Shown piece after piece: positions 22,089 through 32,947 of a DNA stretch of 64,000 nucleotides. The stretch is from Raillietiella orientalis (taxonomy: Eukaryota). The notes under the pieces were generated by a model, which had not been told where the DNA came from, searched no databases, and was given only the letters and a program-made list of their open reading frames with translations. Both the position numbers and the translations under genes were made by a program. Where the stretch lies: positions 3,410,001 through 3,474,000 of the forward strand of contig JAYWIR010000002.1 of the NCBI GenBank assembly GCA_036172245.1. The letters are read 5' to 3'. Numbering within the stretch: the stretch's first letter is position 1; every line of letters starts with the position of its first letter.

Positions 22089-25000
22089 AATCCATCTTGC
22101 GCGCACCCCAAAGCTTGCCATCAACGGTCGTCCGGGAACTAGCCGGAGACGTCGAAAGCACGTCTGCTTGCCAACGCCTTTGTCGCAGAGCAGCCGGGGA
22201 CTGAAAGCAGCGTCTGGGCAAATCCCCACGCAACTTCCGTGGTGCTTGCGAGCGAACCGTCTCGCCCTGACCGGCCGTTCTGCGGGGAACCCGTCCGGTG
22301 CACCCAACTGTCCCGCCCGAGGACCCTGCCGACGCGGCTGAATCAGCTGGCGAGTTCGAGAGCCCGCGCCTCTGGACTTCCCCTCTCCTCCATGCCCGTC
22401 TCGCGCGCAGAATGCCGCCTCCAGCCCGGGGTCTCGGACGAGGAAGAAGCCTCGAACCCACGAGCGAAATCGGAGCACCACTCGTTTGTAGACCGTAACC
22501 GCCACCTCGCCACGAAAGCGTCGAACGAACTTCACACTCCAGGAAAGCCGATGAATGGAGCTTGCGCTCGCGAAACAAAGCCTTTGTCCGCTATCCGAGG
22601 AGGCAGCGAGGCCAAAGACGGATTGCTGGACTCGTTTTGCCGTGCCGTGCCTCCTTTCGAAGAAGATTCGGCCAACAGCATTCTGCGTGAATGCGTTGAG
22701 CTCTTTCGGACCGCACGCTCCGTTGCTAAGGGGGAGGCAGTCTGGTCCAATTTATACATTTCCGGCTGTGGGCAGCACGTTGCTAGCCGTTGCTAGCGAA
22801 CGCCTCTATATATAGCCCCCGGGAGCATCCCTTCCGAGCTGCGCACACCATTGTTAGCCGCAGCGTCTGCACGCGGTTCGTGCTCTTGTTACGCGGATGA
22901 ATGAAGAGCGTCGTCTCATCTTGGAGGCAATTCTATCTGTCTGAGCAAACGAACGTTCCTCGGTAAAATGCATCAACGAAGTGTTTGTCCACGAGCTTTA
23001 TCGAGCTCGCTGCATTCACAAACAAAAGGCGGGCGATGCGTGCCGCACACGTTCCACGGTTTCGCTCGAAATGCGAACGGAACTGCGGAGAGGAAGAAGG
23101 AAGGCAAGAGACGTTCGCAGAGGTGCTCAGGGAACCCTTGAATCTGGAATGTGGCGCCATCAGGGGACGGATGTATGAACCGTGCAGCGCAGACACTACA
23201 CGACGTGTCCTCCGAGGGAGCAGTGGATGGATATTCGTTAACGGCACAGGTACGCAGTGCCGTGCGTTCTGTTTCAAGGGCGCGATCGACGCCCACACGG
23301 ATCGACTCCACTTCCCTTATTCCTTCTGGACGCTCCCGGATAGGCAGCACGTGCGTCCTGGCTGTGGCGACCTGCGGCGGGCGTGTCCCCGATGAATGTT
23401 CTCACGACACCGGACACTGGAGCTGTCTTCACGTGCCCTGCCCGCGTGCGAGGGATCCTGGCTCCTTGGGCGGCACCCCGAAGCCGCCCTTCGAGTCTCA
23501 GCGACGCAACCAACCGGTTCTCTCGCTATCCTTCGTCAACGAAACGAGGAGCCATTTCCCCTTCCCCTCTCCGTGCTTCCCCCGACGCTGCTGCCGCGTT
23601 CCCCACGGCGAGGACAGGCGACGTCGAGGCGAGTTCCGTTCTGGAGCACCCCCGCCACGTCCGGTCGGAAGCGTCCCATAGGAATTGGCACGCTGGAGGC
23701 CGCCGGACCGCGCATTCCCTGCCGTCGCTTCCCTGATGAGGCGACAGATCCCGGACGACCAGGCCGCTCGGTAGCGAGGTGGGGTCATTTCGCACGCGCC
23801 GACCGAGGGCATGCGGCAACGACTCTTCTCCCACTCTCGCCAAGTCCTCAGGGCACTCGCCCACGGAAGGCGCCCCCTCCCGGTTGCCAGGCGAGATCCA
23901 ATGGCGCCGAAATGCGGAGAAGAGGCCGCGTCCTCCGGCTTTCCAGAGGCTTGCCCGGACTTGGAAATTTCGCCTGGAGCAGCGCCGCCTGCGAGGTCGT
24001 CTCGCGTGCCCGCAGCTCCCGTCGAGGGAGTCTCCGGCAGGAATTTGCGGCTCCGAAGGCGGGCAGCGCCGGAGAAAGGCGAGAGCGAAGGGCGCCGGAT
24101 GGGAGCTGGCGGCGACTCGAGAGAGGACTCGTGATCACGGGCTGCTGCTGCCGGAGCACCCGGTGTGGCAGTTCGCAGGGGTGGTATCCACGTCCTTCCG
24201 GGGGTCGGGGAGGAAGCGGCCACCATCCCGGTAGGGGGGAAGCGTCGATCGAAAGGGGGTGGGAAGGAGGAGGAAGGGAAGGGGAGGGGAGGAGGGAAAA
24301 CGGGCGAAGCGCCAACTCATACGAACGCGCAGCATGACTCGCGTCCCGCATCGCCTTCGGCATCCTCTCGGCTGGTCATCGTGCGCGCGCACGCGTGCTG
24401 ACGCCTTTCCCGCGACACACCAAGTGCACGCCGGGCACCGACCGTCACCTCGACCCGAGTGTGCGACAGTTGCCCTCCGCGGAGCACACGGCTCCGTCGT
24501 TTTCTTCCCCGCGCGTCAGGCCCCTTTCCCGCTTCGGAGTGCGAAAGAAGAGCGCTCCACGATGCGGTCTTCCACGCGGCCAAGGGCCCGGATACGATTG
24601 ACGAAGGTAATCAAACAGACAGAGGTAGGACGGGGACGGGCCCTCGAGGTGCATCCCTCCCGAAGGTGCGGCAGAAGGAGGAAAGAAATGGAGGGAGACA
24701 GAGGCCACCGAGGTCTATATACGTACAATCGCACCAATTCTCCAGGGCGCGCGCCTCATGTCGCAGAGGAATCTCCTGGTGACGGCGGACGCCATCTCGA
24801 TCTCGCCGACGCAGTGGTGCTTCTCCAAGACAGGAGCCGCCGCGATGCTCGTGGGAAGGACAAGAGCGTGGGGAGAATCGAACAGCACGGGAGGGGGGGT
24901 GAGAGGGAGGGAAGCTGGAGACATCGCCCACACTGTCAACGGGAATCAAACCAACTCGAACATGAAGGGTGTGCAGCGCGCGCCCTACCATGACGGACGC

Positions 25001-25399
25001 TTCCCGCGCTCTCGAAGCTAGCGTGGGCCGCAGTCCAGGTAATCGGAAGCTAAAAATAGACGGCAACAATGAGTGAATGTTTGATCGATTAAACCGCTTT
25101 TTGCCATCTGGTTCGAGTTGTGGGTGGGATGCCTGTCGGAATGAAACTCCGTACCATTCCCAGGTTTGTGTCCTCCTCGAGTGGATTGCGGCCAGTTGTG
25201 CGGATGCAGGCTGAACAACACGGGACCCGTTCCAGGTCGGGAAAAGTGTAAATAACTGCTTGCGGGCCCACGTGAGAGACTGAGAAAATCGATGTTCAGG
25301 TTTCGGTCGAGCAGGTTTTTCGATGACGGCGAAGGCAAGGGCGGTGCTCTCAGCCGAACGGACGGCATCTGGCGTGCTCCCCTTCCCCCACCGTGCACC

Positions 25400-25900
25400 G
25401 ACACCCGTGGAGTCTCTCCTTCGCCGGGTTCCGCCGTTATCGCGAATGCCGGCCCAGCTCTTCAGGTCCTGTTCAAAGCCGTCCTGCCCAGCTTCGGAAT
25501 GAAGAGCGGAGCGGATAAAAACCCAGAGCTCCCGAAGGGAACCTCCGGCTGCGCGAACCTCCACTTGGAACGTCTTGGAAGCACGGCACAGATGGCTAAC
25601 AACGGCGAGCTCCGAAGGAGTGAAACGCAAACTCGGGTGCGAGCAAAGGACAGCCCGAGCACGACCTCTAAGTTTCCTGTGATCCAAATGAATAAGATCC
25701 AACGTCTCAAACACCAGCTTCGAGCGGTGGAGGAGGAGGAGAACAGGAAGTGTTCGGGATCGGCGTGTCTCCAGGAAACCACGGCGAAAATCGCACGCGG
25801 CTGCGAAGACCATCTCGACGAGCGGACGTGTGTCCTGTGCCTTCACGCACGCTCTCGACTGGGCCGGCAGGCAAACACTTCATTGCTGGAGTCCGAGCTC
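25400..25900 (-). mobile_element. Decayed LINE ORF2 C-terminus (duplicated at ~41179-41679)
   Basis: Across frames: VKAQDT (cf. PPDTQDN), GLRSRVRFSPWFPG (cf. GLLSRARLSHWTSG) and DPEHFLFSSSSTARSW (knuckle H...W spacing). Confidence 0.55.
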
Positions 25901-26669
25901 TCGAACAAACACGGAAGACTTGCCTGCGAGAACTGGGTGCATGGGCTTAGCTCAACGGGAGCGGATGACGCGAATTGATCCGGAGGGTAGTTTGAGTGCA
26001 AACACGCGACGGCATCCAGAAAACAACCAAGGGACCAGGAGGCAGCTGCGAGCAAGGAACGAGCCACGGAGCTCGTCCGTTCACGACGCATTTCGAAAGC
26101 TTCTTCTGAGAGAAGGTTAAACTCCGCGGTCTTTAGCAAGAAGTTCAAAAGTGTTGCGAAGTGTTGCTATGGAAAAGGAGCAGCAAAGAAAAGAAAAAAA
26201 AAAAAAAAAAAATGGGCGGGGGGGGGGGGGACTTAAATGAAAAGGGTTACTTCACGAAGATTCAAGTGGAGGACGATGCACCGCATCTAGGATTGCAGAG
26301 GAAGGAAAGTCTCGATGCGCAACCCATGGAAGAGGCATCGCTCAGAGGATGCCTGAGCTTGCAGCCTAGGGTTGACCAAAGAACATGTTGAGCCACTCGA
26401 TCCCGACCGCCACTTCGCCTGTAGTCAGCTGGGCTGGAGGGATAGCTGGCTGGAATATGGCTGCAGTCTCACCTGGTCACGCCGGGGCGCTTCTTGTACG
26501 GAAAAATACAAAGTCTAACAGTAGGTCATTTCATGATGGTGCGTTGGGACAGTGCAGGGCCGCGCGTTCCGCAGGAGTCCCCAGCTCGGAGCCGTCGCCG
26601 GAAGAGGTCTGCGCAAAGAAACTGGGGGGAGGGGCGAAAAACAACAACAGCAGCAAAAACAAATCAATA

Positions 26670-27135
26670 GACATTAAATAAATAAGTGCTGAAGTGTTTA
26701 AGGGGAAGACCCGCCCGGCGGAGAAGTCCTTTCTTTCGGGCGCTCCTCGAAGGGAGCGGTGTGCTTCTTGCACACACCGATGAGGTGTCATCAATCCACC
26801 AGCTCCTTGGTACGAGATGCAGGGTCACCGCTGAGGGATGGAGCGACGTCTCCTTTGCACAACCGGAGGGGAACTACCCATTCCTTATTTCTGTTTCCTG
26901 GAAAGGCCCCAGAGGGTCGACTTTTAATCTCGGCCACTCATCGGTTACATCCGGTTTGAACCGCTATTATCGTTGCCGCACCCGAATGCAGGCCAACCAG
27001 CGCCATCTGGAGGGAGAAGCTCGAACCCACGACGCACCCATTTCTCTGGCGTCGATCCTTCCCCGAGTGGGATTCGAACCGGCGACGCCCGGTGTCTCGA
27101 GCGCAGACGAAAACCACGTCGCCTCCGATGTGGAG
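26670..27135 (-). mobile_element. Candidate tRNA-derived SINE
   Basis: The minus strand has an A-box-like ggaggcgacgtggtt (27126-27112) and B-box GGTTCGAATCCC (27080-27069) at tRNA-like spacing. The body contains hairpins and ends in cttatttattta. Confidence 0.5.
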
Positions 27136-27399
27136 AGGGCGGCGAGGGTGGAAGGGCGAGTCATCTGATGCTCTGCCCAGAGTCCCAGCCAGTCTTCTAC
27201 CTCCCTTCGACCTCGCACATTGTTTCCCATCTTCCAAGCGGGACATTGACTGTCCTGGAACTCCCCCAGGGACCACAGCGTCGCGGCAGAAGGGGCTCGC
27301 TGGATACACGGGTTTATCCACGGAGCAGTCCATCCATCATCCCCTTCGGTGGGCAGCGAGCGCAACCGGAGCGCCGCAGGCGTCGCGTTTCCTCCAGGC

Positions 27400-27800
27400 T
27401 CGAGCCGCTGATCCTCGCCAGCGCCTGAGATTCTTCCCGTCTCCAGACGCCACAGCTCGTCAGCGAGCAGGAGACCAGGCACCAAGGCAACGCGTGCCGA
27501 AGCAAGCGGCCGCCGCACCGCGCGCCTTCTTGGGCCAGTTGAGTCCCTCCGAGCCGGCTGCCCGCTCGGCCAGGATCAGGGCCGGAGCGCACCAGAGGGT
27601 GCTGCGGAACTTCCCCTCCCGGGCTGTCCTTCGGAACAGCTCCTTTCCAGAGTGGGAACTCACAGGAGTCCGTCTTCCCGGCGCGGGAATCCGCTCGCAG
27701 CTGGAAGGCGGGGAGCGGTCCCGTGCCGGTCGCACGAGGCGAAGCAGGTCAAGAAGGAAGGCGTTCCGACCGGCTTGAGCCGTGCGGGGCGCGTGCTGCG
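27400..27800 (-). mobile_element. Possible decayed LINE ORF2 C-terminus (duplicated at ~43179-43579)
   Basis: GRNAFLLDLL resembles QRNAILLAHW, and RVALVPGLLLADELWRLETGR resembles RTTIALFITTILVRWWKMRKAR. Confidence 0.4.
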
Positions 27801-30379
27801 CAACCATCTGGTCATCGGAGCCCGGCCCTCAGCGCGGGAAGGAGAGTCCACCCTTCTTCTGCCCCACTTGGCCTTTCCCCGCAAGTGCAACACGCGCCGC
27901 CTTCCCCCAGCCCGTCCGTCGTCGGTGGGTCCTAAGCCCATTCCTGCTCGGGCTCTCGTCCGAAGCTCCACCGTTTTGTGCAAGCCGCTCCGACGCCCCA
28001 ACGCCACAGATGACCGCTTCCGCTTACAGCAGGAGGAGGACCCCTCTCCCAAGGCATGACGAAGGGAGGGCGGCGGCTTCCCGAGGACCTCCGACGCGCC
28101 ACTGCCACGGGGCGCGGGAGCGGCCAGCTCTCGTCTTCAGGAGGGCGACACGCGCCGCACGAAGTGTGCGGGCGCGCGTCGCCCGCAAGGAGCACTGCAG
28201 GAAGAAAAGCGGAGGAAAGCTCCACGACGGAAACCCTCCACCGGACCCGGGACCGATCGCTCCCCGCGTTGCCCGGGCGACCGCTTGGTCCTTTACGCCT
28301 CCAGGGCAGCCTCGCGTAAAGCGACGAGGCACGGCTGGTGGATTGGGAAGCTTCCGGAATGGCGAACAGGTTCCGCAGCGGCCCGTCGGACGCTGGGCTC
28401 ACGCAAGCACGAAGATGGCGCGAGAGGGCTCAGCAGAAGGGATGCCGTCGCGCCTCGGTCCTGACCCCTTCGCGGTGAGAAGATCGGGGGTGCCCAGATG
28501 CAGGCGACGACAAAGCAGCAGCATCCGGAAGGGCTGCCCGCACTACGGGACCGGCGGAGGAATTCCAGGAAGTCCCTTTCGGGAGCACCCTTACCCTACA
28601 GCGGGAGATCTCGAGGAGCACCGACGTCCCTACTTTAGGAAAACCTGGAAGGAACGGTGGGATAAAAGGGGAGTTCCAAAATTACGACCTGCCCTCGGGC
28701 TTTTTTTCCGCGAAAGCATCCCTCCGTGGGAACCATCTCCGGACATCTCCTCCGAGGGACCGGGAAGCGTTCAGGAGAGGGGAGTGAAAAACTCAGGCGA
28801 GTCCCTGCGGTCGGCTTTCTTCCCATCCGTCCTGGAGCCACCCCGTTGAAGACCGCTCCTTGGCGCGGTAGGGGCCCTTCATAGGATGGGAACACCCGGG
28901 GGTCCCCGAGGGGCCGGTGATTTAACCTCTGGGTTCGTGAGGAACCCTCCCTCGTGCGCGGGAGCCGCTCCTGGCTCGGAGATCCCGGACGGATCTCCCT
29001 CTCCTTGGGACCGCTGCCGCCGACTCAGTGCAACCCTTCACCCCCCCCCCCTCCTTCGTCCATCCTGGCGCGGGACCTTCCTCCTTCCGGGAAGCGGGGG
29101 ACTCTCCTGGTGGAGGAGAGGGTGGAGCCCGAGGCGGGCGGGAGGTGTCTACGTGTTTCTCCGGGAGTGCGGGAGTGCGGCCCGCGGCAACTCCGCGACT
29201 CCCCTCGGAGGACCTGCCGGCAGGCCACCTGCTTGCGCCCAGAGGCGACCGCCCAACACGTTGCTCTGCTGTGCCCTTGCCGCGCACGCGAGGAAACGTA
29301 GCCGGGAGCGTCTCTCGGCGTAGCGTCCGCTAGGACAAGGGACGCTCCGCGACCGGGACGCCGGAGAGCGGATCTTCCAGCTGAGGAACGTGGAAGAACG
29401 GGACAAAGTGAACCGGGATGCGCGCGCCCTGCCACGTCAAAGAGCGGGAAAGGGGACGATGAGGCGAAGCGGCTGCCGCACCGGGAACCGCGCGTCCGAG
29501 ACGCCAGGAAGCCGCCAGGTGACCAGGACGGATCGGTCTTGCGCCCTTCGCTATGAGACGGGGCCCGAGAACCTGGCACTTCCTTGGAAAGCGGCCCCGG
29601 GGCCACAGCGTCCGAGTGCAAAGGGGGAGGGGGGCAATCCGGTAGGGCTCTTCGGGCAGAGCAGCAAAGGAAGCAAACGGTGGAGGAAGGAGGAAGAGCA
29701 AAGTCGGAGGCAGCAACAAGTCACCAGCCGACAACTCCGAAACGGTGGAGCCTCATCGAAAAGTGGCATTGGTGCAGAGTGGACACCCTCCTTGGCGTCT
29801 TCCACCCCAACCCCAGGCGAGCCCACGGCATGCATCTCGTGAAGTCGTGCCGACTTCTTTGCAACCCGAGGTGTCGTGGGACTCATGTGTAGAGCAAGCG
29901 GGAGCCACAAGATGCCCACGGAAAGAAATAACCCTAGAGTCAGGCGCTTCCGGTTAAGGGACAGCAGAATCTGCGGCAAAGATAGAAGGGAAACAGTTCC
30001 GTCGAAGGTGGTAGCGAGATCGGTTGGAAACCAAACTGCCCGCCTAAGTGCTCTCGCTCTGCAGCCTCCTTCCGACGGGTGCACAGGAATGCGTCTTCGT
30101 GATGTTTCAGCAACCACCTGCAAGTTTTGTTCGCATTCCGTTTGCACACGCTGACTGTACACCAAACCACGGATTGTTTGCGTGTCTGTGTTTCTTAGGA
30201 TTTGGTCCGAGGTTTGCACGCAGCTCGCCAAGCACAGGCACCTGCCCGTGAAAACGCCGGAATCGGGAAGCGTGAGCACCAACCCTCGTTTCCAAAGTGA
30301 GCGGAGTAGCTTGCATGACCCTCTGAGTCTGCACCACTGGCGCTGCAGGTACTCGGGGTTGCGGACTCGAGAGAGTGAT

Positions 30380-31026
30380 GCGACCTGATGCAAAAGAGCC
30401 TGGAGAACATTTACACACCGTCCTTATACTGCAGCTCTCCTTGTCGTTGTCCTCCTAGCACCAGTCCAGAAACCAACCGACCGCATAAACACACCTCAGG
30501 ATGAAAGCTAGTATCGGCAAACATGGTACCTGAGTATGACTCCAACCCAAGGACGCATCTAGTGCTGCAGAAGACGAATAAGATGATCGTCCTTGAAGTT
30601 TCCCGTACGACCGACAACGCGGAAGAGGTATTCAGCCTCACAGGAACGCAAAAAGAAGACAACTGCCAGGAAATCGCCTTCCTTTTGAGAAATGAAAGAA
30701 TTCAGGCCAAAATCTAAGCGATCATGTTCGGCGCGCTAGCAGCCTGGGACTTGAGAAATGATGGGGTGATACTGAGTATCTCGAAGCAGCATGCGGAAAC
30801 AATGAGGCATCTGATGCCTACTAAACAGCGAGGATGTCTTCTGCACCCAACGATGGGGACATCCTCCTGCAGACGGCATTAAGCGACCAGTTGTCGAAGC
30901 GGCTGCGGATGAAGAGTCCGCATTAAATCCATGAAAACTGAAGCCGCTGTCGAGAAATTTAGAAATACGGGGGAGCTATACAAGTTATGTGCTTGTACAG
31001 AACGTAAGCAAATTAATAAATAAAAA
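30380..31026 (+). mobile_element. Decayed 3' end of a Utopia/NeSL-type RLE non-LTR retrotransposon
   Basis: KLVSANMVPEYDSNPRTHLVLQKTNKMIVLEVSRTTDNAEEVF...QKEDNCQEIA...I*AIMFGALAAWDLRND...MRHLM fits the RPDLV...IIDV...FDN...KxxKY...GALGSWDPxND pattern. A 3' UTR with AATAAATAAAAA directly abuts U2 sequence. Confidence 0.85.
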
Positions 31027-31064
31027 TATGTTCTAATCAGCTAAATGCCTGATACGCCACCTAT
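31027..31064 (+). pseudogene. U2: U2 snRNA internal fragment (about nt 39-76), the downstream half of the target site
   Basis: tatgttctaatcagctaaatgcctgatacgccacctat versus U2 tctgttcttatcagtttaatatctgatacgtcctctat. Stem IIa (ATCAG-8 nt-CTGAT) is intact. No Sm site follows. Confidence 0.8.
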
Positions 31065-32947
31065 CTGCAGACATCAACGACCTTTGGGAAGAAACCTCCT
31101 GTACTGCTCCCAGGCACAGACAACGCACCAAGCTACCGCAATTCAATCTTGCACGCGCAAACTGGAAGAAACGGGAAATTTCCACGAGGAAAAAAATACA
31201 GCCACCTGGCCGCTAAAACAACGCCTCCTCTGATGGGCTCCGGAAAAACAGCAACTTTTAGGGGATCGTCTGGATTCCTCCTCAGGAAGGCATCACCCTT
31301 ATCGGCGAAAGTGACGGCGTCCATTCAACCTAAGAGGGGGGGGTCTCCTAAAGAATTCTTCCGTTCCTTTCGCTCCGTACGCACGTCCTTAAGCCTCTCG
31401 ACCTTGGATTGTCCTCATTTTGCAGCCCGCTCCTCCCCTTCCGCACTTGAGTCTCCATCCGCTTATGCAGGCACCACACCTCTGGGTCACAAGAAGGTCG
31501 GACCTCTTTGTGTTCCCGGAGGGAAGTCAGCCGCATCTTCCGGAACTCAGTCTCTCACTCAAAGTGCTTCCATGAGCCGGTCTCCCTTCGCACCACTCTG
31601 TTCATGCCGTCCCTCGAGCGTTGCCAGGGCATGCTTGAAGGGTTCGGAGGTCTGGAGACCGCCAATACCGGCTTTCTGCGTGCTGCCATGTGCCGAGGAC
31701 ACACTCGGTTGATGGGAGGAGGATGGCGCCTGACTTCGTGTCGAAAGGGACTTCGAGCTGCTGGGATGGCGTGACTGACGGTCATCAGTGACCCGAACGG
31801 GGCTCCTTCGGAACCGGGCCTTTCGGAATCGCGGCAGTTCGCCCGACGGCATCTCGGCGGCGACTCGTTGGAGTCAGCGGGACTCCCCTCTCCCGCGTCG
31901 CCTTGCGACCAACTCTGTCATGGTGGTCAGGATTCAGGGCACGCGCACGACCGAAACACCTCGAGAAACGGAAGCCAAGGGAGACGCGGGTGAGCTGTCC
32001 TGCCGGGGCACTCTTTCTTTCGCAGGCGGACTCCGCACGACCATCGCCGAGAAAGCAGGAATTCCGTGCAGGAGAGCGTCGAACCTCCCCGTCGCGTTTC
32101 AAGCTGTCCTTTTCCTCAGAAGGACGCAAAAGGAGTGCCCACGAGTGAAAAAGGACCAGCAGATCGCGGAGAAGAGCGCACGAGAGACGGCGCGCTGGAA
32201 GCAGAGGCGGTGCGAGAGCGCCGACGGCGCGTCCATCTGTCATAGACGCAAGAAATCGCTCTCACGTGCCGCGCAGGAAATCAACAACTCCTTGGTACGA
32301 CCCCACCTTCGATGGCACTCTTCCGTGTGCATCGGAAAAAAGTCGCTTTCTAAGCTCTCCAGATGAGGGAGCCTCCAGATTGGGGAAGCCGACACGTGAC
32401 GTCTTCGTCCGCCAGATTTCGACGCTGCCGGACCAGGGGTGGTGGCGAAGGGGGGAAAGCAGATTTTCTTCCCAACAGCCTGCTGGCGGTCCTTCGCGGC
32501 AGGGTTGATGGAAGGCAATCTCAGTTTCTCTCTTCGTTCCGGTACGAAAGGCCTCGTACCGAACGGAGAGAGACGTGGCAAGAGGTCGACCAGAGAGGCA
32601 GGAACGTGGCCTGCAATTTTCCGAAACCTGGAAAGATCTGGCGCTAAGCAAAGAGGGTTTCAAATTACTCCCAAGAAACCGACGGCAGCCGGTGAAGCTC
32701 CGATGGAGTTTCCGGAAGAAACGGCGAGTCCACGGAACGCGGGTGATGGGGAGGGTTAGCGAAAGCTGTGTTTTTCAAATTTGACGTCACAACATGCCTG
32801 CCTTCGAGCACAGCCAATCCTCTCCGACACCGCCGAGCGACTCGAGAGCACCTAAGGACACCCAAGTGTCGGAGATGCAGATGAGCCCGGATGGAGACGT
32901 TTATAACCGGGACGATTCCTCGTGTCACGAAAATCGTCGGCAGCAAG

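Larger units (their letters stand above)
18595..29665 (+). repeat. Segmental duplication copy 1 (~11.07 kb)
   Basis: Matches 34374-45445 at offset 15779-15780, with about a dozen differences noticed by eye. The ORF track repeats accordingly. Confidence 0.98.

Noticed and set aside
24560-24900. Exon-like minus-strand stretches (ITFVNRIRALGRVEDRIVE)
   Set aside because: No consistent splice model or recognisable family.
27060-27135. Functional tRNA gene on the minus strand
   Set aside because: A T-loop/B-box is present, but a convincing cloverleaf could not be built and no T-run terminator follows. Kept only as a SINE head.
29940-30170. Minus-strand TCRWLLKHHEDAFLCTRRKE resembling an R2-like post-RT motif
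   Set aside because: Too short and degenerate to support without a profile search.
22055-31064. The two U2 pieces as halves of one U2 gene split by a 9-kb insertion
   Set aside because: The 5' piece has its own TSD, stops before GTAGTA is complete, and the intervening DNA is not one element. They are independent events.
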